This document shows, piece after piece, positions 51,004-64,000 of a DNA stretch of 64,000 nucleotides. The notes below the pieces were generated by a model. That model was given only the letters and a program-made list of their open reading frames with translations, searched no databases and was not told the origin of the DNA. Both the position numbers and the translations under genes were made by a program. Source of the DNA: Geosiphon pyriformis uo1 (taxonomy: Eukaryota; Fungi; Glomeromycota); contig JAAOMT010000770.1 in assembly GCA_016748015.1 (NCBI GenBank), positions 4,223 through 68,222 on the forward strand, written 5' to 3'. The first letter of the stretch is position 1; each line of letters begins with the position of its first letter.

Positions 51004-52298
51004 ATGATTTCTTCGGATTTCAAATACTGTATTTTCTTCAACAATACATTGACACTGGTAATGGGGCTTTTCAATGACAATGGACAAGTACTTGTAGAAA
51101 GATTATCATCAAATTTTACGCCTTCACAACTCACTTTAGAAGATAGTGGAATCTCTTGGTCCAAAGGCCCAAGACATAAAGAACCAATATTTATCAGCAG
51201 CAAAAAGGTTTCGATTTGAAGCAAAATACATTTCCAATAGTACCAATCCTATGACTTTAGCCTTTTTGAAGCGAATGGTTCATGTAACCAATACGCCATA
51301 TTGTTCTAAAAGTAAAGAAATTGGAGATGGGAGTCCACAATTAATAAGTAAGCCGCTTACCTTGGATATTTATTGGCTTAGATTTGAATTTTGGCATTTA
51401 ATCCTGACTTCATTTTTCTTAAAACTGACGCTTTTGTGTGCCCAGAAAGTCAAAATATATATTAAGATACGCTCGAGGTACGATATAAATTCATTTTAAG
51501 AATTAAGAAAAGTTTTCAAGTTGCTAAAAGCTTTATTAAAATTCTAAAAAGGATCTAAACTGACGCCATGACAATGGCAATCCAGAAAATTTTATTTTTC
51601 GAAAATGCATGATAATCCCCACGTTTAATTTGATACAGATTTACAAAGAATAATTGATATCCTATTTAGATGTAGATTAATCGCTAAGTATTACTATAAA
51701 GTCATTTGATTCCCAAAGATAACTTTTCTATAATTGTAACTGGTCATAGTATTGGAGGTGGTAAGTGATGCTCTCACAATTTTGAAATTTTATTCTTTTT
51801 CATAGCATATGCCATGAGATTGGCAATGCTGATTTTAGGGACAATTAAAAACAGTTGTTACATTTGAACAGCCAAGGATAGGAAATGAGTCTTATGCTAA
51901 AATATATATCATCAGTGATACTAATCTTTCGTGTGACCAATACCAATGACTATATTCCGCAGTTTCTTAAAAAATCTCAATCTGGTATCGAATACGTGCA
52001 TCATGAAACTGAATACTGAATTGTTGAAGATTGTGAGTGCAATCACGAAACAGAACAAAAGTAAAGAAAATTATCAGGCGTAAAAATGTTCTGGATCTGC
52101 AAAAAAGTCAAAAAAAGCTGTAGAAAATAAAGCAAGTATTGAATCTTTTAAGTTATGTGATAAATTAAATTTGACTTTACTTTGTAAATTTAGAAATGCA
52201 ACTCTGGAACAGATGGACTGGTTGTCAATGTTCACCATGGACCATATTTTGGAGTTATTTTTGGTCAATGTGAAGATTTTTTTGATATGACAAAATAA
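51004..52298 (+). pseudogene. Class-3 (fungal triacylglycerol) lipase pseudogene
   Basis: Nucleophile elbow IIVTGHSIGG (51730-51759), VVTFEQPRIGN, IFRVTNTNDYIPQF, YVHHETEY*I..DCEC, ECNSG and HHGPYFGV..GQC are present. Frameshifts and in-frame stops throughout. Confidence 0.85.
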
Positions 52299-55200
52299 AT
52301 TATCTTTTACTTTGATAGCTTATTACATGTAAAAGTTTTCTGTTTTAAAATAAATTCAAATGATATGTCATGTCAGGTTTTTTGAAAAAAACGGTTAAGA
52401 TCAATGAGATTAATTGGATTGGGTTTGGGTCAAACTTTTCTTTGAGAAAATTGGTAGCAATATTGGAGGTGTGTGGTCTTGGATTATCTTGTTGAAACCA
52501 AGTTAATCAGGTGATAATTTTTGGTTTGACACTATAATTTATATATATTTTTTGAATTAATGATTAAAAATCATTTAAAATTTTAATAAGTTTAGTACTT
52601 ATTCATTTTCTATTGTATATATATATTAATAGTTATTTTCTTACCAGAATTTGAAAACGATAATATCTAAAGCTACAAATAAAGCTGAAAGCTATATTAT
52701 TTTGATATAAATACCCTTAAATCTTTTTCAAAAAAAAATCAAATTTCGATTTGATTTTTTTAATTAATAAAAATTCATTTTTTTGATTAATAATCTCATT
52801 TTCAGTTTAAAGTGATATAAAGAATATATTTCTCATAAATAAAAAAAAAATTTTCGGTGTCAAAATGAATATGTCATCTCCTTATAATCAACTAACTCGT
52901 TTTTGGAAAGTAAAGCTTAATATAAATTTATTTTAATTTTTAACAATTAATTTTCATTACTCGAAAAAAAAAATCTATTTCATACAAAAATTATAATATA
53001 TACATATATAATTTATGCCAATAATATTACCAAATGATAATAATTAAAAATTTTACTCATGTATTCTTTTAATGTGTGTTTATTAATTATTTGAAATTTT
53101 AATCCATTTTAAGTCTTTTAAAAAAGTGACAGAGATGCAATCATTCGACTTTTTTGTTTTTGGCTTTGTTTCCCTGAATTTGGGTAAAAATTTTCCTTTT
53201 TTTGAAAACAATCTTTTAACAATCAATTTATTTTGGTTCAGCTTCCCCCTTTTATATATTATTTAAACTGCATGGCAAATTTTAAGAATGCCTCTAATGC
53301 TTATTTTTAATTAATAATGTAATTGATTGAAGCATATTTTTTGGGAGTCTGCTATATTTTTTTAAAAATTCAATTTTTATTTCATGGTTTCAAAAAAAAC
53401 ATGATATTTTCTCTACACTATTCTTTCTGGCCAAAATTTAAAAGATCAAAAAGAAAAATATAAAAAATTTAATAGAAAACCAGCAATCTGGAAACTAATA
53501 CTTTTTTATTTTAGAAATTCCCAATCTTATGAATTTTCTATTTCAAATGTCTTTTTAAGAAATTCTTAAAAATAGTTTAAATAGAAGAATTATTATTTCT
53601 TTGACTTTAGCCAATCTACCCTATTGCCTACGTAATTAATCCAACAAACTATCAACAAGCTTTCCAGCAAAACTTGAAATCAATCATCTCGTACACTTTC
53701 AGAATTTCTTCTCCAATCCATGGACTTATTTACCACTTGACTAGTAATCATTTTTACTCCTTTTAACATAAAATTTGTCATTTTTTTAAAAAGTAAGTAA
53801 GATGTTTATTATTTTTTAAAATCAACCAAGATTCCTTCTACAGCCTCCAAATACCGTTGCTGGATTTTCGAACCGATTCAATATCAATATCAATATCAAA
53901 TATTGCTTTGATTTGACTAAGGTATATTGAATCTCCATGAATTGGGAGTTGGCTTATTGATACTTGGAGACGTAAATAAAGTTTTGCCTGGAAAGAAAAT
54001 CAATAAATAAGATATTTCTTGTCATATAAATAAGACCTGCTTAAAAAGTAATGATACTAAATAAAATTAGTTATTGAATTTTTTTAAGGATTTAGTGAAG
54101 AAATATTTTTTTTTTCTTTTATAATTTTACTTATATTGAAGAATAAAGACAAGTTTAAAAAAAGGAAAAGTCCTGTTAACTTATTTTGTCAAAAACCAAA
54201 GAAAGTTTCATAACTTACAAATAATTACTTGGTTAATTTTTATCTAAATTTGTAAAAATTTTATCACTTTATGATAAAATAAAAACTAATTTTATTTTAA
54301 CAAACTAATTTTAATACATTGATAAAATTTTTGATTATTATTTTTAAAAATAATTTAAGATTAAACATTAATGATTATTAATTTCTGCTGTCATTGTAAC
54401 AATGATGATAACAGTAATGGTGGGATTTTACAGGGATTAATAAAAGAACATGTAAGAAATAACCACATTAATCTGGTTTTGTTACAGTATGGCCCAATTC
54501 ATGTATTACAACACATTTCAAAATTGCTAGCCGAAAATTTCTTTTTGTTTTATTTACGGAAAAACTTAATCAATCATACAGATTAAAATATTTCTTGATT
54601 TCTTCCAATAATTGAGAAAAAAAACCTAATCACAATACAAATTAGTAAGTTTTTTTTTCAAATGTTATTACATTTAAATTGCTCGCTTACCAAGCTGCAA
54701 AGTAATGCCATCAATCACAGATATAAAGGCTGAGATTCCGTTAGTGTTATCATTATTCATACGATTAAAATTCGGGATTGAATATAATGTCAATTCAAAG
54801 AAAATTTTTTATTTCGGGTTATTTTGTGTGTATAAAGTTTTCAATGGAATAAAGTTACCAAAATATATTCCAAATATCGTAGCACTAGGCAATGTCATAG
54901 CATGTTAACCTTTTTACCATTTGTCCCTGCATGAAGATGAGAATGCTGTGGTCAAAAGTTGGTGCATAAGATTATCAAAGATGCTTTCCTGGAATAAAGT
55001 TGAATTTTTTGGGACTTGAATGTGAACTAAAAAGTCCTCATGATAGATGATTGACTAAATTTAAAATTTTATTCAAGTTTGCCTATTTGTAATTAGCCTA
55101 AAGAGGATGAAAAAGAGTTCTTTGTATTGAGAGAAATTTTTTAAGCAAGTAGTCTTTCGAATCGATCATTTATTATAAAATTCAGAAAATAATAAAATTA

Positions 55201-56544
55201 AAAAAAACTTTCAGGGAAAATTACTAGGAAAAGGAAAAGGAAAAGGAATACATGTTTAAAATTGTCATAATTAAACATTTAGGGAATATTTGAAAAAACG
55301 TCATTATTTGAATGGACAGCTTATTGTTCTTAGCACATGAATCTGTGAAATAATTCAATATTGGGAAATAATCGAATAAATTATACTCAAAATATGATGA
55401 TTAAAAATGATAATTATTATGAAAATAAAGTAAATATTCTACTAACAAATTATCTTATCGTTTCCATAGTCAAAGATAATGGACTTGTTTATTATCAAAA
55501 TTTCTAATTATTTACCTCATAACCAATCTTGTGGGACCTTGTGCAGATTTGAATCGTTTCGAAAAATTAATTTTCAAGGATTTTCTCAAAATTCCTTTTT
55601 ATTTTTCTGTAAGATTCTCAAATGATTTTTCCAATAGTGATACCGAATTCATAAGCCGGTTTATATCCGAGAAGTGTATCACGCTTGATATTAAAAAGTT
55701 TTTTTTTCCCAAAAACGATGTCAACGAACAAAAACTTAAAGATACGAAACAAGAGAAGCTTTGCAAAAGGATTTTGTTCAGTGTATCAATTGTTTCAAAG
55801 AATTAGTAATGTCAACCTTCAATCATTTCTAAAGCAACTCTTTCGAAAAGCAAAAGAAACAGGGGCCGTAAGTCAATATTTTAAAAATTTAAAAATTTTA
55901 TAATAATAACCTTTCATGGGGTTAAAGCTTCTGTCGTTCAGTTTAATAAAAAAAAATAATTACACCGAATATGTTAGGTTCATACCCCTCCCCCTATAAA
56001 ATAATTGTGATCCACTTCACCATTTTCCAAAATTAGAATCGATTTCTTTCATTCCAGAGTGAAGGCTGTCTAATCAAAATTGCTTGAGTAATGTTTTTGA
56101 GAGAGATTAGGAAAAAAACTTAATAAATTCCATATCCGGAGAAACCTTTTCTAAGGGGAAAAATCTCTATAATTGCATTTTTGTCAAATAAATCTTTCTC
56201 GAGATCCATATTCCATTTGAAACTATATATATATATATATAGAGAGCTTTGCCAGTCACTGGTTAACGTTTCAAAAAAGTAAATAGGACTCCGTATTAAT
56301 TTTAATGCCATAAACCAATTTTTCAACGCCCTGCACTTGTTTCTTCTTTTCAAATAATACCTTTGAATAGGGGAACGATTGACGGTTAACATTAAAACTT
56401 TAATTTCTCGTATTGATATTTGAAAATTTGTTTTTGTGCTTTTTTTGAAAAAATAAAAACACCTTTGAAAAAGTATTTAGAGCTAGGGTGTATATAAAAA
56501 ATAACTTCATAAAATCTCCCTTCAAAAATCCTATTTTTTTTTTA

Positions 56545-57859
56545 ATGGAAGTAATGGGTTATTATGTGTCCGAGCATGATTTAGTCCAAGGTCAAGTAGC
56601 CGTTTGGATATTTGGTACACTTAGTAATCTCGTCACTACTGGAATACTGTTTTGGATTTGTGCCAAAACATCAACAAATAAGATGATAGGTCGTCTTGTT
56701 GTAAATTTATTAATTTCGGATTGGGTACAAAGTTTTGGCTTTGTAATGAGCTCTAATTGGATTTTTCAAGGTGGTATTTATGAAGGGTTTTTTTGTACTA
56801 TACAAGGAATGTTTTTGAATCTCGGTGACGTGGCTTCTGGTGAGCTATTTCAACTTTTCTCCATAAAAAAAAACTATTATTCTTTGATATTTCATCAGGC
56901 TGAGAATAAAATATCTCTTTTTGTTTTGTTTTGTTTTGTTTTTTCATTTTTTGTCAGGATGCTGGGCAATGTCAATATGTATTCATACATATCTTTTAGT
57001 CGTACATTCTTATGAATCAAAGTATCATCTAGTGATATCGATGGCAGTAATTTGGCCAGCAAATTTACTCATGATATTCATTGGACACGCTATACAAACG
57101 AAAAAAAATGGTTCATTTTGGGCACCAGCGGGAGGAGCTTGGTGTTGGATATCAATCAACTATCCTTTATATCGTATACTCTTTCATTATGGTATAATTG
57201 TATTACTGGCAGTTTTCATGGTTGGTATGTACGCAGTAATGTATATGTCATTATGGCGCCGACAAAATACTACCCAGCGGGAAGCTTCAAGACAAGTTCT
57301 CCAGAGAACTAGCAAGAAACTTGTATACTACCCAGTAGCATATGTTATTCTTGTTTTCCCTTTGGCTTTTCGTAAGTGTGATCAATCCAATTTAAATTTT
57401 TAATTTAACAATAATTTTTTATTATCTGACCAATATTTCTTTATTCTCTATATCTATATATGGTAGAACGTTTTTTGGCCTTTGGCGGTATACAAATGCC
57501 ATTCCCATTGTAAGTATTCTAATTACTAAATTTTATTGATCTATAATTTTTTTTTCTCATTATAAATCCTTTCAATTCAACAACTTTTACCCAATATTTT
57601 TATATTTTATAGTCTCGTGGCTGCTGGATGTATATTCGCGTTATCTGGAATAGTTAACAGTATAATATACGGGTTTACAAGACACGTGGTAACAATCACG
57701 CCAAACATTTCATTTCGACAAGTACAAAAACGACCAATAAGCACTTCAAATGGCATCGATTCTTCAAAACCAATGAACACTTTTACTATTAGTGTGACAA
57801 CACAGACTGAAACTCGACTTTCACATTGGAATCCGAATTTAAAAGAAGTAGAAATTTAG
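56545..57859 (+). CDS. Git3/Gpr1-like 7TM G-protein-coupled receptor, paralog B, 332 aa
   Basis: Exons 56545-56839, 56958-57371, 57467-57509 and 57613-57859 join in frame. Motifs RLVVNLLISDWVQSFG, CTIQG..LGDVASG, AGGAWCWI, YRILFHY, LVYYPVAY, GIVNSIIYGFTR. Confidence 0.88.
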
Positions 57860-57941
57860 TAATGTTCTAAACTAAATTAATATTATTTACTTATTTTTTG
57901 TATTTGATTTTGATTTTAAGTTGTAATTGTTTGGCTTTCTT

Positions 57942-57968
57942 CTTTTTTTTTTTTTTTTTTTTTTTTTT
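57942..57968. repeat. Poly(T) tract in the 3' flank of GPCR paralog B
   Basis: Directly visible homopolymer run. Confidence 0.85.
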
Positions 57969-58599
57969 GTTTTGTTTGTAATATCAATCCTTTTAAATTT
58001 CATTATTGGGCTGGATTACTCCATCTTTCTGGAAAAAATATTAGAATAGAGTGTGTGTTGTTTGTCTGTATATAATTCAATCTTCAAATTTTTGATCTTT
58101 TTGTACATTAAGTTTAAGCATATAAAGAACAGGCAAACCATAAGTTTTTTTATTTTGAGAAAAATGTCAAAAATTTATGGATGACAAAAAAATAAAAAAA
58201 TTGAAGATTAATAATGATGATTTTTTTAAAGCGTCCCTATCATTAAAATTAATTAATTCCTTTTTAAATCATAAATCGGTTTTTATATAGGATTCGCTTT
58301 GAAATTTTCAGTTTCGTTATCTTGAAAAAAAAAAATATATTTAGAGAATTAAATGCATCAAAAATTTTATTTTTGCAAGTTTGAACTGAATTTTTGTGCT
58401 CAAAATAATTTTTTCATTCCTTTCCTATATCGTAAATTTATCTTAACTGACTGACCTCAAATACTTAAAGAACATCAACATTTTAATGCAAAATTAGTAA
58501 TTCAGATTGAATTATTCAAAAAATTTTAATTTAATAAATTCAAGATTACTAATAAAATTAAATTTTTTTCACTATAAATTTATTTTTGAAAAATAAACG

Positions 58600-59170
58600 T
58601 CTACCAATCGATCGGATAACACTTCTTTGACACGTTTTGGTGTCGAGTCAATAAATTGAAGAATTATCTTTAATGAAATAACATTTCAAGGAGTAAAGAC
58701 TACCTCCTTCTATTCATGGCTTTCTGTTTCTCTCCATATATTTTCCATTTACCATTTCAAAGGTCATAATTTCAAAATTATCTTGGAGTTCTGATGATAT
58801 TGCTTCTTTGGTGGTCATAATCATTGGCTTTCATATGCTTCACCGGTCATAAGTGAAGAGGTACATCCCTATACCATGATAGATTTACATCCACTTTAAA
58901 CGGTTCCACTTGTATGATCAGAGTTATAAAGCTCATTTTTATGACACCATAAACGAAAATTTTCATAAGAATAGAAGATTCTTCTGTCCAAAGAACACGT
59001 CGTCAATTCCTCTTTGATCCAATGATTACAGGCTTTAGACCAATTTAGCCGTTTGATTCGGTTTACTTCATTAAATCATTGGTTTCTTGTGCATTATATA
59101 AGATATGATATTTTTCTTTCAGGGTTTTCATCAAAGTTCTAATGAATGTAGGAGAGAAAATCGTGTCACC
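58600..59170 (-). mobile_element. Tc1/mariner transposase relic (minus strand)
   Basis: Minus-strand fragments KKPMI..NEVNRIKRLNWSKACNHW, RRVLWTEESSI (first catalytic Asp region, cf. VLWSDES), SGCKSIMV*GC (cf. SVMVWGC) and IDSTPKRVKEVL (cf. LIDSMPRRV). Many lesions. Confidence 0.75.
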
Positions 59171-59178
59171 CGTTTGAA

Positions 59179-60140
59179 CAGTACCCCCAAAAAAGTCGCA
59201 ATTTGCATGTGTATCCCTTTTTGACTCGCCACCATTATAATATGACATCCACTCGTACACTGCTAAAGGAAACCATTAAATCACTAAAATCACAAAGATG
59301 TTTGGACATGACCCACAACAATATGCAGCTTTATTGTCAAGTATCAAAAAACTGGAAGATCACCAATACTTTCCAACCACCAAAAAAAATTTGCTGTGTC
59401 TAATGCCAAGGAAAAACAATATGCACCACTTCACGAAATTGTCAACAATTTAGGTCTTCCGTCAACTGCTGCAAATGTACTGTACAACTCTAGACTTCAT
59501 TCAGATATCGCAGAAACATATGCTTATACCCGTGTTAGGTGGTGCAAGGAATATAAAATTACAATTGGGCAAAATTTATCTTCTCTAGTAAGATGAGTGT
59601 GAAAATTGAGAAGCAATCATGACAACTAAGTGTTTTGGGGCACACTGGAAAATTTTTTAATGCTAATTGCTTAGAGCCTGCTTTCAAAAGTAGACGAAAA
59701 TTCATAATGGTTTAAGGGTGTTTCACGGGAGGATTAAAAAGATCATTATTATTTCGCGATGAATACAAAAAAATGATGAAAAAATAAATGCAAAAAACTT
59801 ACATTAAAATCTTAAAAACCAACTTGCTTCCCGTTTCACAAGGCAATTAAATATGTTAATGGAATTTGTCAGCAAGGTAACGCGCCGATCCATACTGCGG
59901 GAAATGGTTAAGGGAAAAATAAAATTACAACTATCAACTGGCTGGCGAATTCGCCCGACCTGAATTAATTTGAAGCTGTTAAAGGACAATATCCAAAAAC
60001 ATGGAGATTATTACTCTGATCCCAAGCAGTCAAATGGCCGACAAATTGTTAATAAGATTTAATTTTTTACTTTGGTGTATAAATTAGTAAATCGGGAAAG
60101 TATCCATTTTTTAATCGGGCGTTACTTTTTTGAACTATGC
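59179..60140 (+). mobile_element. Tc1/mariner (DDE) transposon relic (plus strand), near full length
   Basis: Begins with CAGTACCCCCAAAAAAGTCGCAA, a Tc1-like CAGT terminus. Fragments RVRWCKEYK, WAKFIFS, CLEPAFKSRRKFIMV*GCF, INAKTYIKIL, CQQGNAPIHTA (~59867-59899) and WLANSPDLN*FEAV (~59938-59980) follow. The right TIR is only weakly matched near 60120-60140. Confidence 0.85.
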
Positions 60141-61626
60141 CACAGCCGATCCTAAATTGGGATTATAAAATTAGCAAACCAGTACCTCCGATTCCTAAAG
60201 CGTATAAGAAAAGCTCCACTTAGTTCTGCAGATTTAGACTTGAAACATTTTAAACAAAGTAGAACTCTCCTTCTCATTCATTAGAGTTGAAAGACTAATA
60301 TCTATTATTTGTTAATTTACTTTTTTTTTAAAAAAAAAAAGGAAAGTTACAATATGTAAAAAAATTTCGTAATATTACTCTCATTTCTGTTTTTCACTAC
60401 TTAATTTGTTAAAGGCCGCATGATCCAAATTTTGTTTAATATGAAAGTATTCATGGAACTCCTTATTTGCTAACCCATTTATTTGAATTTATATCAAGGG
60501 ATAAAATTAAGTCATCAACTTATTCTGAATTTTTACTTCAAAATTTAAAATACTATTTAGCTTTAAAAAAATAATCACGAGATCTAAATAAAACTAATGA
60601 TTTGAAACCAAAAAAAAATTATAGTTAAAAAAACTGCTAAATAATTTAGGGTAGCAAAAAATAAACCTAAATCTCCGAAAAAATGAATTTTTGATAATTT
60701 TTTTTAAAACACAAAAAAAATACCTTATTTGAAATGTTTTTTTTTTTTCAAATTCATTAACTTTAAAAAAAAAATTTGTAATCATTATGGCTTTGCGTAT
60801 TGTTCAATGAATTTGTTCTCTTAATTTGAATAAATTTTTAATATATAATTTATTAATTTCTATCAAATTTTTCATCCAAATATTTTTCAAAGAGAAAATT
60901 CTAACTGTAAAAAAAAAAAAAGGGGGACATTCATGAGCTGGTCAACTCCATCGCCTTTACTGTTTGTCCATACATGTCAATAGAAAATCTTTTATCGTAA
61001 ACAACCAATTTTTGGTGTTTGATAAACATGCTAGATAAATGGTCAAAATCTTTTGTTTGTTGTAGAAATAGGGATTTATTTGAGTTTTAAAAATGAGGCT
61101 CAGGCATTTTCAAGTTTCAAAATAAAAGTCTATTTTAAATGAATGGCTATTTTAAGTATATTTATTTATTTATTTGTATTCCAAGGTAACATTCTTTGAG
61201 GATAAATCAAGTATATCTCAAGATTGATCTCACGTACAAAAGTAAATATATATTTTTTTCGACTCCTCAATTCAGCGTCATAATTGTGATTAATTTTTTT
61301 TATTAAAGAAAAATTTACAATTCAATATTATGAAAGTGTTATCAAATAAGACAATTTGATTATATGCCAATACCTTTGAAATATATTAGTCACATATCTT
61401 CTAATACTATTTTCATTAAAATACAATCAATACATCGGTAAGTTGAACAAAGTAATCAAAGAAATCTTTAAAGAAAAAAAGGAAGATTGATCTAAAATAA
61501 TACAAATACATATAGGTTTGAAGGAAAATTCCTCAAAAAAATTGGATAAGCCATCAGGGCAAAAATGTCTTTTTGAAATAATGTTTTGACCAGTTTTTCC
61601 AGCATTAAATGGCATCAAAAATAAAA

Positions 61627-62937
61627 TTAAGATTTAAAAACTGATAATCTTACATTAGAATCAATTTGAATCTTCACACATTCATGTTTACATTTCATTT
61701 CTTTATCGGAATTCTCCGCGTCATTTTTGGAGACTGATTGTTGTGTATTCGATTTTGTTTCTCTAGCGTCAATTTTTGAAACATTTTTAATGCTGACTGT
61801 GGTCTTGGCTTTTGAATCTTCATGAGTATTACTGCTGTTTAGACGATTTCTTATTCTTGGGACTATTTCGCTTACAGATTTGATTGATACTATATTTCTT
61901 GTGAAACCATAAATTATGCTGTTCACCGTGCCAGCCGAAGCGAGAAGACAGCCGCTCACAATAGTGCTGATTTATAGAATTTTACAAAGAAAAAATTAAT
62001 GATATGCTTTTTGTAAGCTAAACTAAAAAAAAACTCACATTGAATGATGCTTACTATGAAAATGGGAAATCTGGACCTTTAGCAATAACAGTGAAACGTT
62101 CTATGAATAAAAAAATATTAAATTTCAATCTCAAAAGTACAAATCTTAAAAAATAGTTTAGATACTCACGTAAGGCTAATGGAAATACGATTATAATGTA
62201 AACACCAGGATAATAAATCAATTTTCGTCTAACACGTTGTAAAACTTTTTTTGTATTATCCATTCTCATTACTCCCTGACGACGATATACTTTGATGAAC
62301 ATGAGCGAATACAAAACTATCATGAAGACTGCCAGGAATGCAATGATTGCATAATGAAAAAGAATTCGATATGAAGCATAACTTTCACTGATCCAGCACC
62401 AAGAGCCTGTCGCGGAACCATAAAATGGAACCCCATTTTTCTGTAATGCCAATCCTATGAGGCCAAAAGCAAGACTTATCGACCAAATTAAAGCGGCACA
62501 AACTCGAACATACCATTCAGGTTCAAATGAATGAACAACTACCATATATGTATGTAAACAAATAGCAGTTGCCCAAAATCCTGAAAAAAAAAAATTTGAA
62601 CTCTGATATAACTTATATTTCAAAAAGATTAAAAATCATGCGTTTCAAATTATAAATTTTTTTCACCTGAACCTATATCACCCAGATTAATCAAAATCCC
62701 TTGAGTCTCACAATATGAGTCTGATATCAGGTGCCCATGTGCCCACCATCTATATGTCATCATAAATCCAATGCTTTGAATCCAGTCTGAGAATAGCAAA
62801 TTCATCACTAGACGCGTTACCGTCTTGTTTGAAGTAGTTTGTCTCCAAATCCAGAGAAGCATTCCAGTCGTAGCGAAATTACTTATGGTACTAAAGATGC
62901 ACATTGCAATCATGCCTTTTTGTTCTTTTGTTGACAT
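61627..62937 (-). CDS. Git3/Gpr1-like 7TM G-protein-coupled receptor, paralog C, 355 aa
   Basis: Exons 62937-62667, 62580-62170, 62100-62055 and 61966-61627 join in frame. Motifs RLVMNLLFSDWIQSIG, CETQG..LGDIGSG, ATGSWCWI, YRILFHY, LIYYPGVY, GTVNSIIYGFTR. Confidence 0.88.
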
Positions 62938-64000
62938 TTTATATTATGAGGAAATACAAATTATTATTATTTTGTTTTGAAGTTTTAATCTAATGCCCTT
63001 TATTATCTGGTTTTTAGGAAATTCTGAAAATTAAAAAATTACAAGGATTAAAAGCATAACATGAAATTCTTTGTGAAAAAAAAAAAAACTGATAATTTCT
63101 TGTTAAAATGATTCAAGTTAGGGAATATATACGCGCGAAAAAGATTGAAAATTCCTTTTTTGCTTTGTTACACTGTTGATCAACATACGGCGTATAAATA
63201 GATAAAAAAATTTATTTATACATTTACTAATATAAAGAAACGTGGCTGAGAAAGCTGTTCAACGATATGATTAAAAAAAAAAAAACATTTCCAATTAAAT
63301 ATTAGGTTTGAAAAACTGAGACAGTTTTCTTTAATCTGACCCCTAGCACCTGAAAAACATCATGAAGTCAAAATCTTTAAAGAGCACAAGGGATGGAAGA
63401 CAGGTAACTTGAAAATTTATTCTTAACAAAATTTTTTTTTAGATTTGGTCAACGTCATGAAATAATGAAAATCTGTTTATCTGTTTCCCCCAGCTGTTAA
63501 TTAAGTCGGATAAATTAGAATCCTTGCCAAGATTTTACCTCATTCATCACCATTGATACAACTCATTCATTTTTATTTAAACTAAAATCTAATTAAAATT
63601 TCTCATATCTCGTTCGCAAATTAAAAAGTTACTTTCATAACTTCAACCACATCGAATTTCAAAAAAAATTGAAATTTGAAGTTATGATTGTTTGTCTTAT
63701 TATAAACCAAAAAAAATTATGACTGTTTCGCAAGATATTTCCCCGAATAGCAATTTCACGTCATCTTCATTTCATAATTTTAAATAATATAGTTTGAGTA
63801 ATAATTGCGGATAAACTATGACTAATTCTAATACATGTGCGCCTACATGTACATGTACATTAATTAAAGTGCATTTCGTTTTCCCACTTGCAGTTTTAAT
63901 AAAATATTAATATAAAGGACCTTTTTGAAAGAATATGGTTTGAATTTTTGAATACTATCATAACCATGCCTTCACTTTTAAATTCACTAGTAATAGCATT

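Noticed and set aside
53580-55060. Patches of coding-like sequence with splice-like sites on the minus strand
   Set aside because: Frames are stop-ridden and no family was recognised.

Overview
This is an AT-rich, intron-containing fungal genomic window. Gene content, short GT-AG introns and repeat types point to Mucoromycota/Glomeromycotina; the LINE wording and decayed class-3 lipase look Geosiphon-like, but that is recollection, not a search result. I reconstructed these intact spliced or single-exon genes: a long-chain fatty alcohol oxidase (GMC family), a Tim17/22-like membrane protein, a Kelch-BTB Ral2/Mds3-like regulator, a 9-exon PTEN/TEP1 homolog, an orphan 195-aa ORF, a secreted acidic-pro/Arg-rich peptide precursor, and three paralogous Git3/Gpr1-like 7TM receptors with identical exon structure. 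Relics include a 5'-truncated RNase H-bearing LINE with a poly(A) tail, three Tc1/mariner transposase fragments, a cytochrome P450 pseudogene and a class-3 lipase pseudogene, separated by extremely AT-rich eroded blocks. The most notable observations are: (1) the dispersed GPCR triplet; (2) a PTEN sharing intron positions with human PTEN but carrying Asn at the D92 position; (3) a charge-balanced prepro-peptide resembling antimicrobial peptide precursors; (4) an alcohol oxidase with Asp at the catalytic Asn position; (5) a repeated non-CpG C-to-T/G-to-A mutation signature in dead repeats and pseudogenes.
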